Shown: piece by piece, positions 8,149-16,305 of the stretch
How positions within the stretch are numbered: position 1 is the first letter of the stretch
Layout of the letters: each line of letters starts with the position of its first letter
From: Candidatus Woesearchaeota archaeon
GTDB taxonomy: Archaea > Nanobdellota > Nanobdellia > Woesearchaeales > GW2011-AR9
NCBI GenBank assembly: GCA_016179955.1
Contig: JACPCD010000006.1
Location: forward strand, 1-47,259
Length of the DNA stretch: 47,259 bases
Direction: 5' to 3'
Notes under the pieces: model-generated
Database searches by the model: none
What the model was told of the DNA's origin: nothing
Seen by the model: only the letters and a program-made list of their open reading frames with translations
Made by a program: the position numbers and the translations under genes

Positions 8149-8205
8149 AATCTTATTCCTCCTGAAAATAGAGTATATAAGAATTATGAAAAAGAGGTTT
8201 GCATA

Positions 8206-8241
8206 TTCATCACTACCCAAAACCATATAAACTACGTTTAA
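8206..8241. repeat. 36-bp direct repeat R1 flanking the TA cassette (contains a TATA element)
   Basis: TTCATCACTACCCAAAACCATATAAACTACGTTTAA matches R2 at 9112-9147 at 33/36 positions. Confidence 0.8.
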
Positions 8242-8249
8242 ATAAAGAA

Positions 8250-8714
8250 TTACGCTAATAATGTCTGTTTTACCTCATCACTAAATTCATAATAATCTTT
8301 CTCTTTAAGTTCACGAATAATCTCTTGGATATCTATTTTAGAGAGAATTTTCTTTTTCTTACAATATAACAGGAATGTTGGTATATCCAATACAGTTACG
8401 CCTTTCTGTTCAGCATATCGGGTTGCAGATTGATCACTCATTAAGAGAATATCGCTGGTTTGTTCTGCTAAAGCTATACTTTCCATTTCGCCAGCACCAA
8501 ATTCTTCCGAGGAGATGCTTCCTTCAATGTTTTTAATCTCGAGGGCCTTGGAATCAATCAAGTTCAGAATATTGTCAAAGAAAGGTGCTTTCTCCAACTC
8601 ATGCAGCACCGAACTGACTATGGTAATTTTATTGGTATTGAATGCTTTTGGGATTAGATTTGTCCTCTTAATCTTGATAAAAGAACTCAAAAAATCAGTA
8701 TCGGCAATGGCCAT
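8250..8714 (-). CDS. PIN-domain toxin (DUF3368/COG2405-like)
   Basis: N-terminal acidic IADTDFL, a central D/E cluster, ~150 aa. It lies 3 nt downstream of a UPF0175-type antitoxin. Confidence 0.75.
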   Translation of the reverse strand: MAIADTDFLSSFIKIKRTNLIPKAFNTNKITIVSSVLHELEKAPFFDNILNLIDSKALEIKNIEGSISSEEFGAGEMESIALAEQTSDILLMSDQSATRYAEQKGVTVLDIPTFLLYCKKKKILSKIDIQEIIRELKEKDYYEFSDEVKQTLLA

Positions 8715-8717
8715 GGT

Positions 8718-9050
8718 TTACTTCGCCATTTTAATGAGTCTGGCTTCAATTTCTTTGCTTGTTTCTGCTCCTCTCCTCAATTTTATCCCTTTCTCCACCA
8801 GCATTTTTTTCATTTCTTCGTACCCTACATCTGCTATTTCAACTGCTTTTCCTAAAGAAATTTTGCCATCTCTATAGAGAACAGACGCCAAGGCTATTCG
8901 GAGGTCTTTTCTTGCTGCTAAAAGAGTTCTCATTGCGTCTCTCAAAAATTCAGAAGTGCTGTCATAATATCCAGTTTTAGGAATCGCACCTAATTCTAAT
9001 CGGAGCATCTCTGGTACAGTAAAACTTAAAGTTTCGCTTTTGATTACCAT
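8718..9050 (-). CDS. UPF0175-family antitoxin with RHH-like N-terminus
   Basis: The pattern ISLGKAVEIADVGYEEMKKMLVEKGI is typical of UPF0175 (COG2886), the usual partner of COG2405 PIN proteins. Confidence 0.75.
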   Translation of the reverse strand: MVIKSETLSFTVPEMLRLELGAIPKTGYYDSTSEFLRDAMRTLLAARKDLRIALASVLYRDGKISLGKAVEIADVGYEEMKKMLVEKGIKLRRGAETSKEIEARLIKMAK

Positions 9051-9111
9051 TGTTGCAGTATTGTTAAGGTATTATTTAAAACTTTCGGAAATTTTACGCT
9101 TCTGATAGGAT

Positions 9112-9147
9112 TTCATCACCACCAAAAACCATATAAACTACATTTAA
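9112..9147. repeat. 36-bp direct repeat R2 (likely bidirectional promoter)
   Basis: TTCATCACCACCAAAAACCATATAAACTACATTTAA is a copy of R1. The TATA element (9131-9138) is 23-30 nt upstream of the ATG at 9161 on the + strand and about 80 nt upstream of the antitoxin ATG on the - strand. Confidence 0.8.
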
Positions 9148-9160
9148 TTTCTGGACTTCT

Positions 9161-9442
9161 ATGGAAAAGGAAGGCAAAAGAGCTCGTCTCCAGGAGTTAT
9201 GTGTGCACTTGCAGACCGCCTATCGCCATTGGCAGCGGAACAAGCCGGATCATTTTGCCGGTGAGCTGAATGCTGCCCGTTTGCTCTTGGATGGCTTTCT
9301 CAGCGCGGAAAAAGAAACCCCGCTGCTCGCCGATAATCTTCGGGTAGTGCAGCTGGCAGTCGAAAAGAATCAAAAAGAGTTGGTGATGGCCGCCTTAGCC
9401 CGAGCCGTTTCCCGAGCGGAAAGGATGCTGCGAAGAGCTTAG
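9161..9442 (+). CDS. hypothetical small helical protein
   Basis: 93-aa ORF positioned as a leaderless gene behind the TATA in R2. No recognisable motif. Confidence 0.45.
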   Translation: MEKEGKRARLQELCVHLQTAYRHWQRNKPDHFAGELNAARLLLDGFLSAEKETPLLADNLRVVQLAVEKNQKELVMAALARAVSRAERMLRRA

Positions 9443-9511
9443 TTTTTATTTGTTTGTTGGGTCTAAAACCCCATTGCTTGCAATGCGTTTAATACATTAC
9501 CAACAAACATT

Positions 9512-9546
9512 AAAAAAACCCACAGCTTGCTGTGATTGGGTTTTTT
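9512..9546. terminator. A-tract/hairpin/T-tract terminator
   Basis: AAAAAAACCCACAGC-TTGC-TGTGATTGGGTTTTTT. It is preceded by the nested hairpin TGTTTGTTGG (9451-9460) / CCAACAAACA (9500-9509). Confidence 0.5.
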
Positions 9547-9604
9547 ATTTTCCAGCCCTTTGAAGTAGTAACTTTTATAAACACGGCGCATTTCAAGCTT
9601 CTTC

Positions 9605-10297
9605 ATGGCCACTTCCAGCGATCGGGTCACTTCGGAAATATTAACCGTCATGTTTATTGACATAGTTGGATATACGAAGACGACTGCTAACCTCAACCGG
9701 GACCTGTTCAATGAGATGCATGATGCCTTTGACAGTATTTCCCTGCCGATTTTCCAGAAGTATTCCGGCAATGTACTCAAGAAGATGGGCGATGCCTTTC
9801 TGATAACGTTTAAGTCGCCTACTGACGCCGTGTTGTGCGGGATTGAGTTGCAAAACGAATTTGACCGTTATAATAAATCCCATAAAGCAAAATATCCCTT
9901 AAAGATACGGGTCGCAGTTCATACCGGCGAAGTTCTGCTTCGTGGCGGGGATGTGTATGGTGATGCGGTTAACATCACTTCCCGGCTGGAAAATGTCGCC
10001 GGTCCAGGGGAGATCGTGTTTAGTGAAGCTCTCTTTTTAGCCATGAATAAAAATGAAGTTCCGTATGTGCATTTGGGCTATAAGAAATTACGCGGATCCA
10101 AGTATCCGGTCCGCGTGTTCCGGGTGAAAGGGCACTATGACAAAATCTTGCGACGGCGCAAAGTGTTCCGGCAGCGGATGCATCGGGTAAAGCGCTTTTT
10201 CCTGTTGTTGGTCTTATTTTTCTTTCTTGCTGTTATCCTCGGCCTGGCGTTGTGGTACCTCTGGGCGAACACGGATCTTTTTTCTGGCTTTTTTTGA
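9605..10297 (+). CDS. class III adenylate/guanylate cyclase catalytic domain with C-terminal TM anchor
   Basis: VMFIDIVGYT (metal Asp), KKMGDAFLITF, IRVAVHTGEV and YGDAVNITSRLE are all present. The C-terminal hydrophobic helix is FFLLLVLFFFLAVILGLALWYLW. TTTTATAAA lies about 25 nt upstream. Confidence 0.85.
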   Translation: MATSSDRVTSEILTVMFIDIVGYTKTTANLNRDLFNEMHDAFDSISLPIFQKYSGNVLKKMGDAFLITFKSPTDAVLCGIELQNEFDRYNKSHKAKYPLKIRVAVHTGEVLLRGGDVYGDAVNITSRLENVAGPGEIVFSEALFLAMNKNEVPYVHLGYKKLRGSKYPVRVFRVKGHYDKILRRRKVFRQRMHRVKRFFLLLVLFFFLAVILGLALWYLWANTDLFSGFF

Positions 10298-10366
10298 TTA
10301 TCCCACTACTGTATAGTGAATATTTTAGAAAAGTTTATATAGTTGGCTTTATTACTCCCTCGAACC

Positions 10367-11173
10367 ATGGGACTTCACCGCTCTGCTATTGCGTTAAGTG
10401 CTCTTCTCGTTGGATTAGCTCCGATTGCGATTGATAATAATGGGCGGGGTAGAAATGACGTTAGTAGAAAAGGCCCGCGTGATGCTGAAGTTATTCTGGC
10501 GCAGGCTGCTGATGCTCCAGCTAATGATTCAATTGATGGTGTAGTTAATGCCCCTACAGTGCAGGCAGTTCCACCTTCTTCACGATATAATGCGAATGTT
10601 CCATTACCGCAGTTGGTTGATTCCTATGTGCGCCAGCATGGCTCTGATACTTTAGAACGTAAAATTATAGTCCGGAAAGAATCGCATACGCTGGGAGTAT
10701 ACCTTAATGACACGCTGCTAAAAGAGTATCGTGTCGCACTGGGGCACAACTACCTCGGGTTTGACTCTACCGGAGACAAACAATACGAAGGCGACGGACG
10801 AACGCCGGTGGGAGAATTTTATGTGACCCTTAAAGTTCCGAATACCCGTTTTTATAAAGCACTGCTTATAAGCTATCCTGATACTCAGGATGCCCGGCGC
10901 GGCTTGGAATCAAGGTTAATTAGCCGAGCGCAGCATGATGCAATTGTTGCTGCCAATCGCAGTTGTATGATGCCCCCCCAGAACACCGAATTAGGCGGAT
11001 GGATAGAAATCCATGGCCGGAACCAGCCTGGAATTGGTGATTGGACTATCGGCTGCGTTGCACTTACGGATGCAGAGATGGATGAAGTATATGAATTTGC
11101 GCGGGCGGGATGTTTCCCCTGGCGTAGAGGAGAGGAACTCCGGCCGAGAACCAGGGTAATAATTATGGAATAG
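10367..11173 (+). CDS. YafK-type L,D-transpeptidase-fold (YkuD) protein, secreted
   Basis: Signal peptide MGLHRSAIALSALLVGLAPIA. YkuD motifs: GDGRTPVGEFYVT, LLISYPDTQD, IEIHG...TIGCVALTDAEMDEVYEF (His...Cys catalytic pair). TATA TTTATATA at 10333-10340 supports the ATG at 10367. Confidence 0.85.
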   Translation: MGLHRSAIALSALLVGLAPIAIDNNGRGRNDVSRKGPRDAEVILAQAADAPANDSIDGVVNAPTVQAVPPSSRYNANVPLPQLVDSYVRQHGSDTLERKIIVRKESHTLGVYLNDTLLKEYRVALGHNYLGFDSTGDKQYEGDGRTPVGEFYVTLKVPNTRFYKALLISYPDTQDARRGLESRLISRAQHDAIVAANRSCMMPPQNTELGGWIEIHGRNQPGIGDWTIGCVALTDAEMDEVYEFARAGCFPWRRGEELRPRTRVIIME

Positions 11174-11181
11174 GATTTTTT

Positions 11182-11314
11182 GTATTTGTTTAGCATCTTT
11201 GAAATTATTGATATAGTTATCGTTAGAATGACATCCCCGTAGGGGGCAAGTCCCCCTGTCACTCTCACAGAACTCACTAAAAAGAATTTCAACTTTATGA
11301 TGCTAAACAAATAC
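11182..11314. repeat. 133-bp palindromic element with 16-bp perfect terminal inverted repeats
   Basis: GTATTTGTTTAGCATC (11182-11197) pairs with GATGCTAAACAAATAC (11299-11314). There is an additional TTGAAATT/AATTTCAA pairing and a central CCCC-GTA-GGGG and GGGGG-CAAGT-CCCCC. T-runs flank it on both sides. Confidence 0.6.
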
Positions 11315-11341
11315 GATTTTTTTTATTTCAGCCTAAAAGAA

Positions 11342-13450
11342 TCAGCGCTGAGCTAGCGTGGTGCTGCCCGGACATTCTATATTTCCACTTCCACCCGTCA
11401 CGATAGTGCAGGTTTTACCATTTCTGGTCCAGAGCCAGCGCTCCCCGTCCCGGAAATACCAGGTTCGTCCACTAATGGTTCCAGCCTGGTGGTTTTGGAC
11501 ATTCTCGATACTTATTCGTGGCTGCTGGATGGCATCGCCCGGAGGAGCCGTTCCGCTCCATCCCTGCAGCTGCTTCAATTCCGGGTAGGTCTGCCGTGCT
11601 GCATCAAGGAGGGTAAATTCATTTTCTTTGGCGCTATTGCAGGAACTGAAAGTTATTGATTCAACATTTTCTCCAATGGGGAGATGGTCAAACGGAGAAC
11701 CAGAGCCGTCGGCGACAGCGCCAACATACAGGAAATCTACCGGCATATGCGCCTGACCCTGTCTATTCACAGATTCACGCCAGACGTAATCATGATCACC
11801 AAAATGGTGACCAGTAACTACCAGGTTTGTGCTGGTGGTGGTGGGAAGCGCATCCCGGCTGTTGATTATATAACAACCATTGCTCTGACACCAAGGTTCT
11901 AACGAACGGGCGACGGCAGACGTGTCGCCGCCGATGATAATAGTGGTTGCAGGTATTCTGCCAGGAGGTCCGATAACTTTTCCGAAATTCCGGGCGATCC
12001 TCTCTTCGCAATCAACGCCGAGCGTACAGCGCACCATGGCATTAGGCGCATCCCGGCCGAGATCTTCCCGGCGCGCGGCTAGAAAATAGCCCGCGACGTT
12101 CTGCTGCGTTGCAGAGGACCAGTGATGAAGAGTTTGCCGGCAGGATTCACCGGTGCAGGAAGGGTTTTCCGGGTACACCACATCAATTCTGCCAAAATTT
12201 ATGTGCTCAAGAGAATTTCCATGCGCCCGGATATCGTCCCGGGGACCAACGGTTATGCTCCCTAATGGTATATTGGTGGGACTTACGGAATTAATAGTTG
12301 CTTGTCCACTATGGGCATTAATCACTTCAACGTGCTCGTAATATGCAGGGGTCGTAAGAGTTATTCGATCATTATTAGTCATCCCGATGATTGCAAATCG
12401 TGTCCGCTGTTGCACGTCCAACGTGGCCGAAGCATCGATGATGCAGGTAAATCCAGTACGGCAGAAGGTGGCTTCTCCTCGTTCTCCTTGCTGGCTGAAA
12501 TATACTTGCGAGGTACTTTCAATGCGCAACGTGTTTTGTGGTTGAGAAAACTCCAACTGCCCATTCCTTTCTCCCGTAGGCTTTACCCTATTAAGTACTG
12601 CACTTCCCTCTATGATAAATTCTCCGGGAAGAGTATTTGGTGGATGGATAATTGTTCCTCTCACCTGCATATTAGAGTTATAGATAAACCGTTCTTGTCC
12701 TTCCCGGCTGGAGGCTCTCACTACTCCATTTTCATGGGAGAGGATAAAAGATCCACGGTATGAAGTTAAACGGCCACGTTCGCCCACGTAAACTACGCTA
12801 TTAGCCGCCTCTAGGTGAGCAGTGCTAGTGATTCGTGCTTCGCCACCCAGTATCTGCACGTAGCCATTATCACGATTGACTGCAAGTAAATCTGCGCCTT
12901 TGAAAGTATTCTGTTGGTATGTTATAGAACCATCTTGGTGGATGATTGCACCGGGAAAGTCATTAATGAGAAAGGTAGTCGCACTTTCTCCCTGCGTGGT
13001 TAATGATATCACATTATATCTCGAAAAAGTAGCTCCATTTTCCATCTGGATATGATATTTCCGTTCCAGCCAAGTTTTCGCTGCCTGTTGATTCTGATTG
13101 AGCAAGGCAATATCGTCCTGTACTGCTGCCTCAAATTCAATGATAACATTTGGATCACTCAACAGATCCGTATGTCCATCAAGGAAAGCCATGGCTTGTT
13201 CCCGGTTGGGTAGCGCAAACGCTTCTTCTAAAATACTTGGATTGGTTAACAAAAAGGGATTGTTTTCTAATGCTTCCCATGCTCTCGCCGGATCGGTTGC
13301 GAATACGGTGGCGGGATCCTGCTGCAGCGCATTTACAAACTGCTCATCATTAAGGGCGGAGTAGTCTTCGGCGACAGCTATAACAGCTAAAAGAGATACA
13401 ATTATAACAAATAATCCAATTACTATCACTCCATTAAAGTCTGTTTTCAT
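11342..13450 (-). CDS. large secreted or membrane-anchored protein, function unknown
   Basis: 702-aa ORF with N-terminal TM/signal (VIVIGLFVIIVSLLAVIAVA). Its ATGA start overlaps the stop of the upstream gene. The C-terminal region has a strand-His ... strand-Cys pattern (LVVTGHH ... ITFSSCNS). Confidence 0.7.
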   Translation of the reverse strand: MKTDFNGVIVIGLFVIIVSLLAVIAVAEDYSALNDEQFVNALQQDPATVFATDPARAWEALENNPFLLTNPSILEEAFALPNREQAMAFLDGHTDLLSDPNVIIEFEAAVQDDIALLNQNQQAAKTWLERKYHIQMENGATFSRYNVISLTTQGESATTFLINDFPGAIIHQDGSITYQQNTFKGADLLAVNRDNGYVQILGGEARITSTAHLEAANSVVYVGERGRLTSYRGSFILSHENGVVRASSREGQERFIYNSNMQVRGTIIHPPNTLPGEFIIEGSAVLNRVKPTGERNGQLEFSQPQNTLRIESTSQVYFSQQGERGEATFCRTGFTCIIDASATLDVQQRTRFAIIGMTNNDRITLTTPAYYEHVEVINAHSGQATINSVSPTNIPLGSITVGPRDDIRAHGNSLEHINFGRIDVVYPENPSCTGESCRQTLHHWSSATQQNVAGYFLAARREDLGRDAPNAMVRCTLGVDCEERIARNFGKVIGPPGRIPATTIIIGGDTSAVARSLEPWCQSNGCYIINSRDALPTTTSTNLVVTGHHFGDHDYVWRESVNRQGQAHMPVDFLYVGAVADGSGSPFDHLPIGENVESITFSSCNSAKENEFTLLDAARQTYPELKQLQGWSGTAPPGDAIQQPRISIENVQNHQAGTISGRTWYFRDGERWLWTRNGKTCTIVTGGSGNIECPGSTTLAQR

Positions 13451-14820
13451 CGTACCTCAAACTCCCATCGCACCCACGTCCGTCCAAACTTATTTTCCAC
13501 GTCAATGCGCATGGTCTGCGGTCCGATATCGTTTCGTGTCGGCGTGAACTTTATCTCCCCCGTCGCTTTGTTAATGGTGAACCGGGTGCTGTCGGTGGTG
13601 AACAAGAAAGGTCCAGTCTCTTTATTGCGTGGTTGCACTTTATACACTAACTCTTTACCCGCAGAAACATTTCCAACTGTAATTTGATTCAGCACCGGAT
13701 AATTTCCAGGATTGGCATTGACATTAATGATGATGGGTGCTTTCACGGTACGGTTTTCATTGTCCCGCACCTGCACATAATATAAATATTCATCATTGGG
13801 AAAATCACGGGTGTTTACGGTAATCACACCTGTCGCTGGATTGATGGGCAAATCGTTGGGCTCCGTTTCAAACGTTACCCCGGCACCAACTGCTTCTATT
13901 TTGAACGTATGGATCCCCGGCTGGGCGATGTTCCATGCTGGAGGAAAGATAAGCTGCAGCGGCGCTGCTGCTATCTGCAATTCTTCTTCGCTTCGTAAAT
14001 TTCCCCAATCATAACCCAGCGTAAAACTGTAAATCAAGGGATCACTTTTCAGCGGCTCACGGAACACTAAATCTACCACTACCTTTGATTCATTAAACGT
14101 ATTGAAGAACGCATCAAAGTTATTTTCTGCCGCAACCGATGACAATTTCCCCATCGCAAAATAGTCTGGAGCTTGTTCCTGCTGAGCTAAGAAGTCGCTC
14201 ACGGCGGCATGTTTCTTTCTGAAATCAAAGGGGATGGTGGCTGCAAATGTGTCCATGCTGGTTCTCTTCGCATCCGTCATGATCTCCAGTGGATAGTCTG
14301 CGAATACTTTAGTCGCTCTCTCCGTGAACTGGACTTGGATGCGGGGTGTATCTTTTATGGTAATCGTCTGAGGAAACTGCGAAAAGTGGTCAATACATTC
14401 TACGAAGAACGGCGTGGCAGCTTCTCCCACTGCCGTTGCTACTTCTTCTATGGGGGGCAGGGTTGATGTTCCTTCCTGAAAATAATATGGAAGCTGAAAC
14501 TCTTGCTGGTCTATGGTGAAGTCAAACACCTTGGTCGTAATCGGGAATGAATGATAGCCTCCTTTTCCCAGCGTTTCATACAGCCCATCAATAGTGCTTT
14601 TACGGAGACATCCCTCCACGAAGTTCTGGAGGGGGTTTTCAGCAGACGTTTTCTGTTGCGCCGTTAGTTGGGTGGTAAGGGCAGTATTCTTGAGAACCAA
14701 GGTTATGCCAATAGTTGCCACTATCAGGATGCCCACTATAATAAATATTGTAATCTGCCCCTTTTTGTCCATACCCTTCAAGAAGAGAAATTCTTTATTT
14801 AAATCATTCGGTAGGTTCAC
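13447..14820 (-). CDS. surface protein with class III (type IV pilin-like) signal peptide and C-terminal Ig/cadherin-like repeats
   Basis: MDKKGQ-ITIFIIVGILIVATIGITLVL resembles an archaeal prepilin signal (alternative start 14772). The C-terminus has two Ig-like segments (PINPATGVITVNT..., FTINKATGEIKFTP...). Confidence 0.7.
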   Translation of the reverse strand: MNLPNDLNKEFLFLKGMDKKGQITIFIIVGILIVATIGITLVLKNTALTTQLTAQQKTSAENPLQNFVEGCLRKSTIDGLYETLGKGGYHSFPITTKVFDFTIDQQEFQLPYYFQEGTSTLPPIEEVATAVGEAATPFFVECIDHFSQFPQTITIKDTPRIQVQFTERATKVFADYPLEIMTDAKRTSMDTFAATIPFDFRKKHAAVSDFLAQQEQAPDYFAMGKLSSVAAENNFDAFFNTFNESKVVVDLVFREPLKSDPLIYSFTLGYDWGNLRSEEELQIAAAPLQLIFPPAWNIAQPGIHTFKIEAVGAGVTFETEPNDLPINPATGVITVNTRDFPNDEYLYYVQVRDNENRTVKAPIIINVNANPGNYPVLNQITVGNVSAGKELVYKVQPRNKETGPFLFTTDSTRFTINKATGEIKFTPTRNDIGPQTMRIDVENKFGRTWVRWEFEVR

Positions 14821-16025
14821 AGCACAAAATACAGAATCACCGGCAGTATCAGGCAGCCCATCAGGTGATTTTTGCCCACGCCCCAGGCCGACGCGACTAC
14901 TCCAATAGACGTTGCCGTCCCTAAAATAACTAAGCCCATAAACCCGTCAAAATAAAAAGTGAGTGAGATAATAAAAAAAATAATCACTAAAATCAATTGT
15001 TGGTAATTCACTTTCACAATCAATCGGGCGAAGATCTTGGATAAATAAATCACGGCAATTGTTGCTATCCCTCCAGCCACTAATGAAACGGCTAAAAAAA
15101 CCAGCATCTGGGAAAACGTAATTCCGTCCATCAGTTGATTTACGGCAACGATGGCTCCGTTGCGGGCTTTATCCAGCGCATAGGCGGTGGCGATGGATAT
15201 AACCATGTTTGCCGTATTAATTCCCCCTACTAAACTAAGAAACCCTTCATCGCCAATCTCGCCAACAACTTGCGTTCCAATGATGGCTGCTTGTGACGAA
15301 CCAAATCCGGGAAGAAAGGCAGCGATGAATCCCATGCCGGACGCAGCGGAGACAGACTTAATTGTATTCTTCCTGGAAATGGTCAAGGGCTGGTGCACTT
15401 TCTGGGGAGGAATGATGGACTTTTGCATGAAGCTGAGCAACAGTAACGATACCCCAAACAATCCCGAAAGCAATGGAAACAAAGGCTGATGCAGATGTGG
15501 AATACTGAACACCAGCAATCCTAAACTTCCTGCCAATAAAAAGGCCACCAGGCTGGCTAACTTTTTCTTTTTCTCCCGGAGAATCATATAGGCCATGATG
15601 AAGATAAGCAAGTACCCTATCCAGCTGCTGATGAGCGGCTGTACTCGTATCATGGACCAGATGAAGATGGGAAATAAAATAATGCCTAACAGCAAACTGC
15701 CTAAAGAACCCAGGATGGTGTAGAGCACGGCACTATGTCCTAGGCCTTGCATCAGCAGGCGATGACCCGGCAGAACGTTCAACGCTTGCGCTTCATCCGG
15801 CGCGCCCAAGTAAATAGTGGGAAGAGTGTCCAGAAAGGTATGGGTAATTGCCAGACTGATGATAAACACTACCAGCGACAGCGCGGACGTGAATTGGAGC
15901 AAAAAGGGCGCCGATGCGACCACCAACACGGACACAAGATTGATATGGATTCCTGGCGCTATGCCGGTGACGATGCCGATGAGGATGCCGCCAAAAAGAG
16001 CTATTGCCACCTCTATGAACGCCAT
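14817..16025 (-). CDS. TctA/DUF112-family polytopic membrane protein (COG1784-like)
   Basis: 402 aa with about 10-12 TM segments. The N-terminal GIVTGIAPGIHINL and later GFLPGFGSSQAAI motifs are typical of DUF112. First gene of a 3-gene overlapping operon. Confidence 0.65.
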   Translation of the reverse strand: MAFIEVAIALFGGILIGIVTGIAPGIHINLVSVLVVASAPFLLQFTSALSLVVFIISLAITHTFLDTLPTIYLGAPDEAQALNVLPGHRLLMQGLGHSAVLYTILGSLGSLLLGIILFPIFIWSMIRVQPLISSWIGYLLIFIMAYMILREKKKKLASLVAFLLAGSLGLLVFSIPHLHQPLFPLLSGLFGVSLLLLSFMQKSIIPPQKVHQPLTISRKNTIKSVSAASGMGFIAAFLPGFGSSQAAIIGTQVVGEIGDEGFLSLVGGINTANMVISIATAYALDKARNGAIVAVNQLMDGITFSQMLVFLAVSLVAGGIATIAVIYLSKIFARLIVKVNYQQLILVIIFFIISLTFYFDGFMGLVILGTATSIGVVASAWGVGKNHLMGCLILPVILYFVL

Positions 16026-16268
16026 GCCTTAAATCTCTTCACGGGCCTATTTATTCTTTTCCTCGATGGAATGGTATTATCAAATGCTCTAGTTCAAAGA
16101 TAGTGTGTTTTATGTCCTTCGCTATAACTCCCTTCTTCCCTAAGAATTCTCTCAACATTGCTCCGAGCTTGCTTCTTATTCTTCAATGAGGAGGAGTTTC
16201 TCTAAAGCGTGTACCATCAATGATGATGCGAGCCAAAAACATGATACCGCTATTGGGCCCGCTCATAA

Positions 16269-16282
16269 AAAACATTTATATA
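16269..16282 (+). promoter_or_regulatory. BRE/TATA promoter AAAACATTTATATA
   Basis: Identical to the element at 763-776. It lies 24-31 nt upstream of the ATG at 16306, implying a leaderless transcript. Confidence 0.55.
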
Positions 16283-16305
16283 ATCCTACTCATTTTACTC
16301 TTACT

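Noticed and set aside
9463-9780. 105-aa minus-strand ORF spanning the intergenic terminator and the cyclase start
   Set aside because: It runs through hairpin/terminator sequence and is antisense to the well-supported cyclase N-terminus.
10885-11310. 141-aa minus-strand ORF
   Set aside because: It is antisense to the L,D-transpeptidase 3' end and runs through the 133-bp palindromic element, so it is most likely non-coding.
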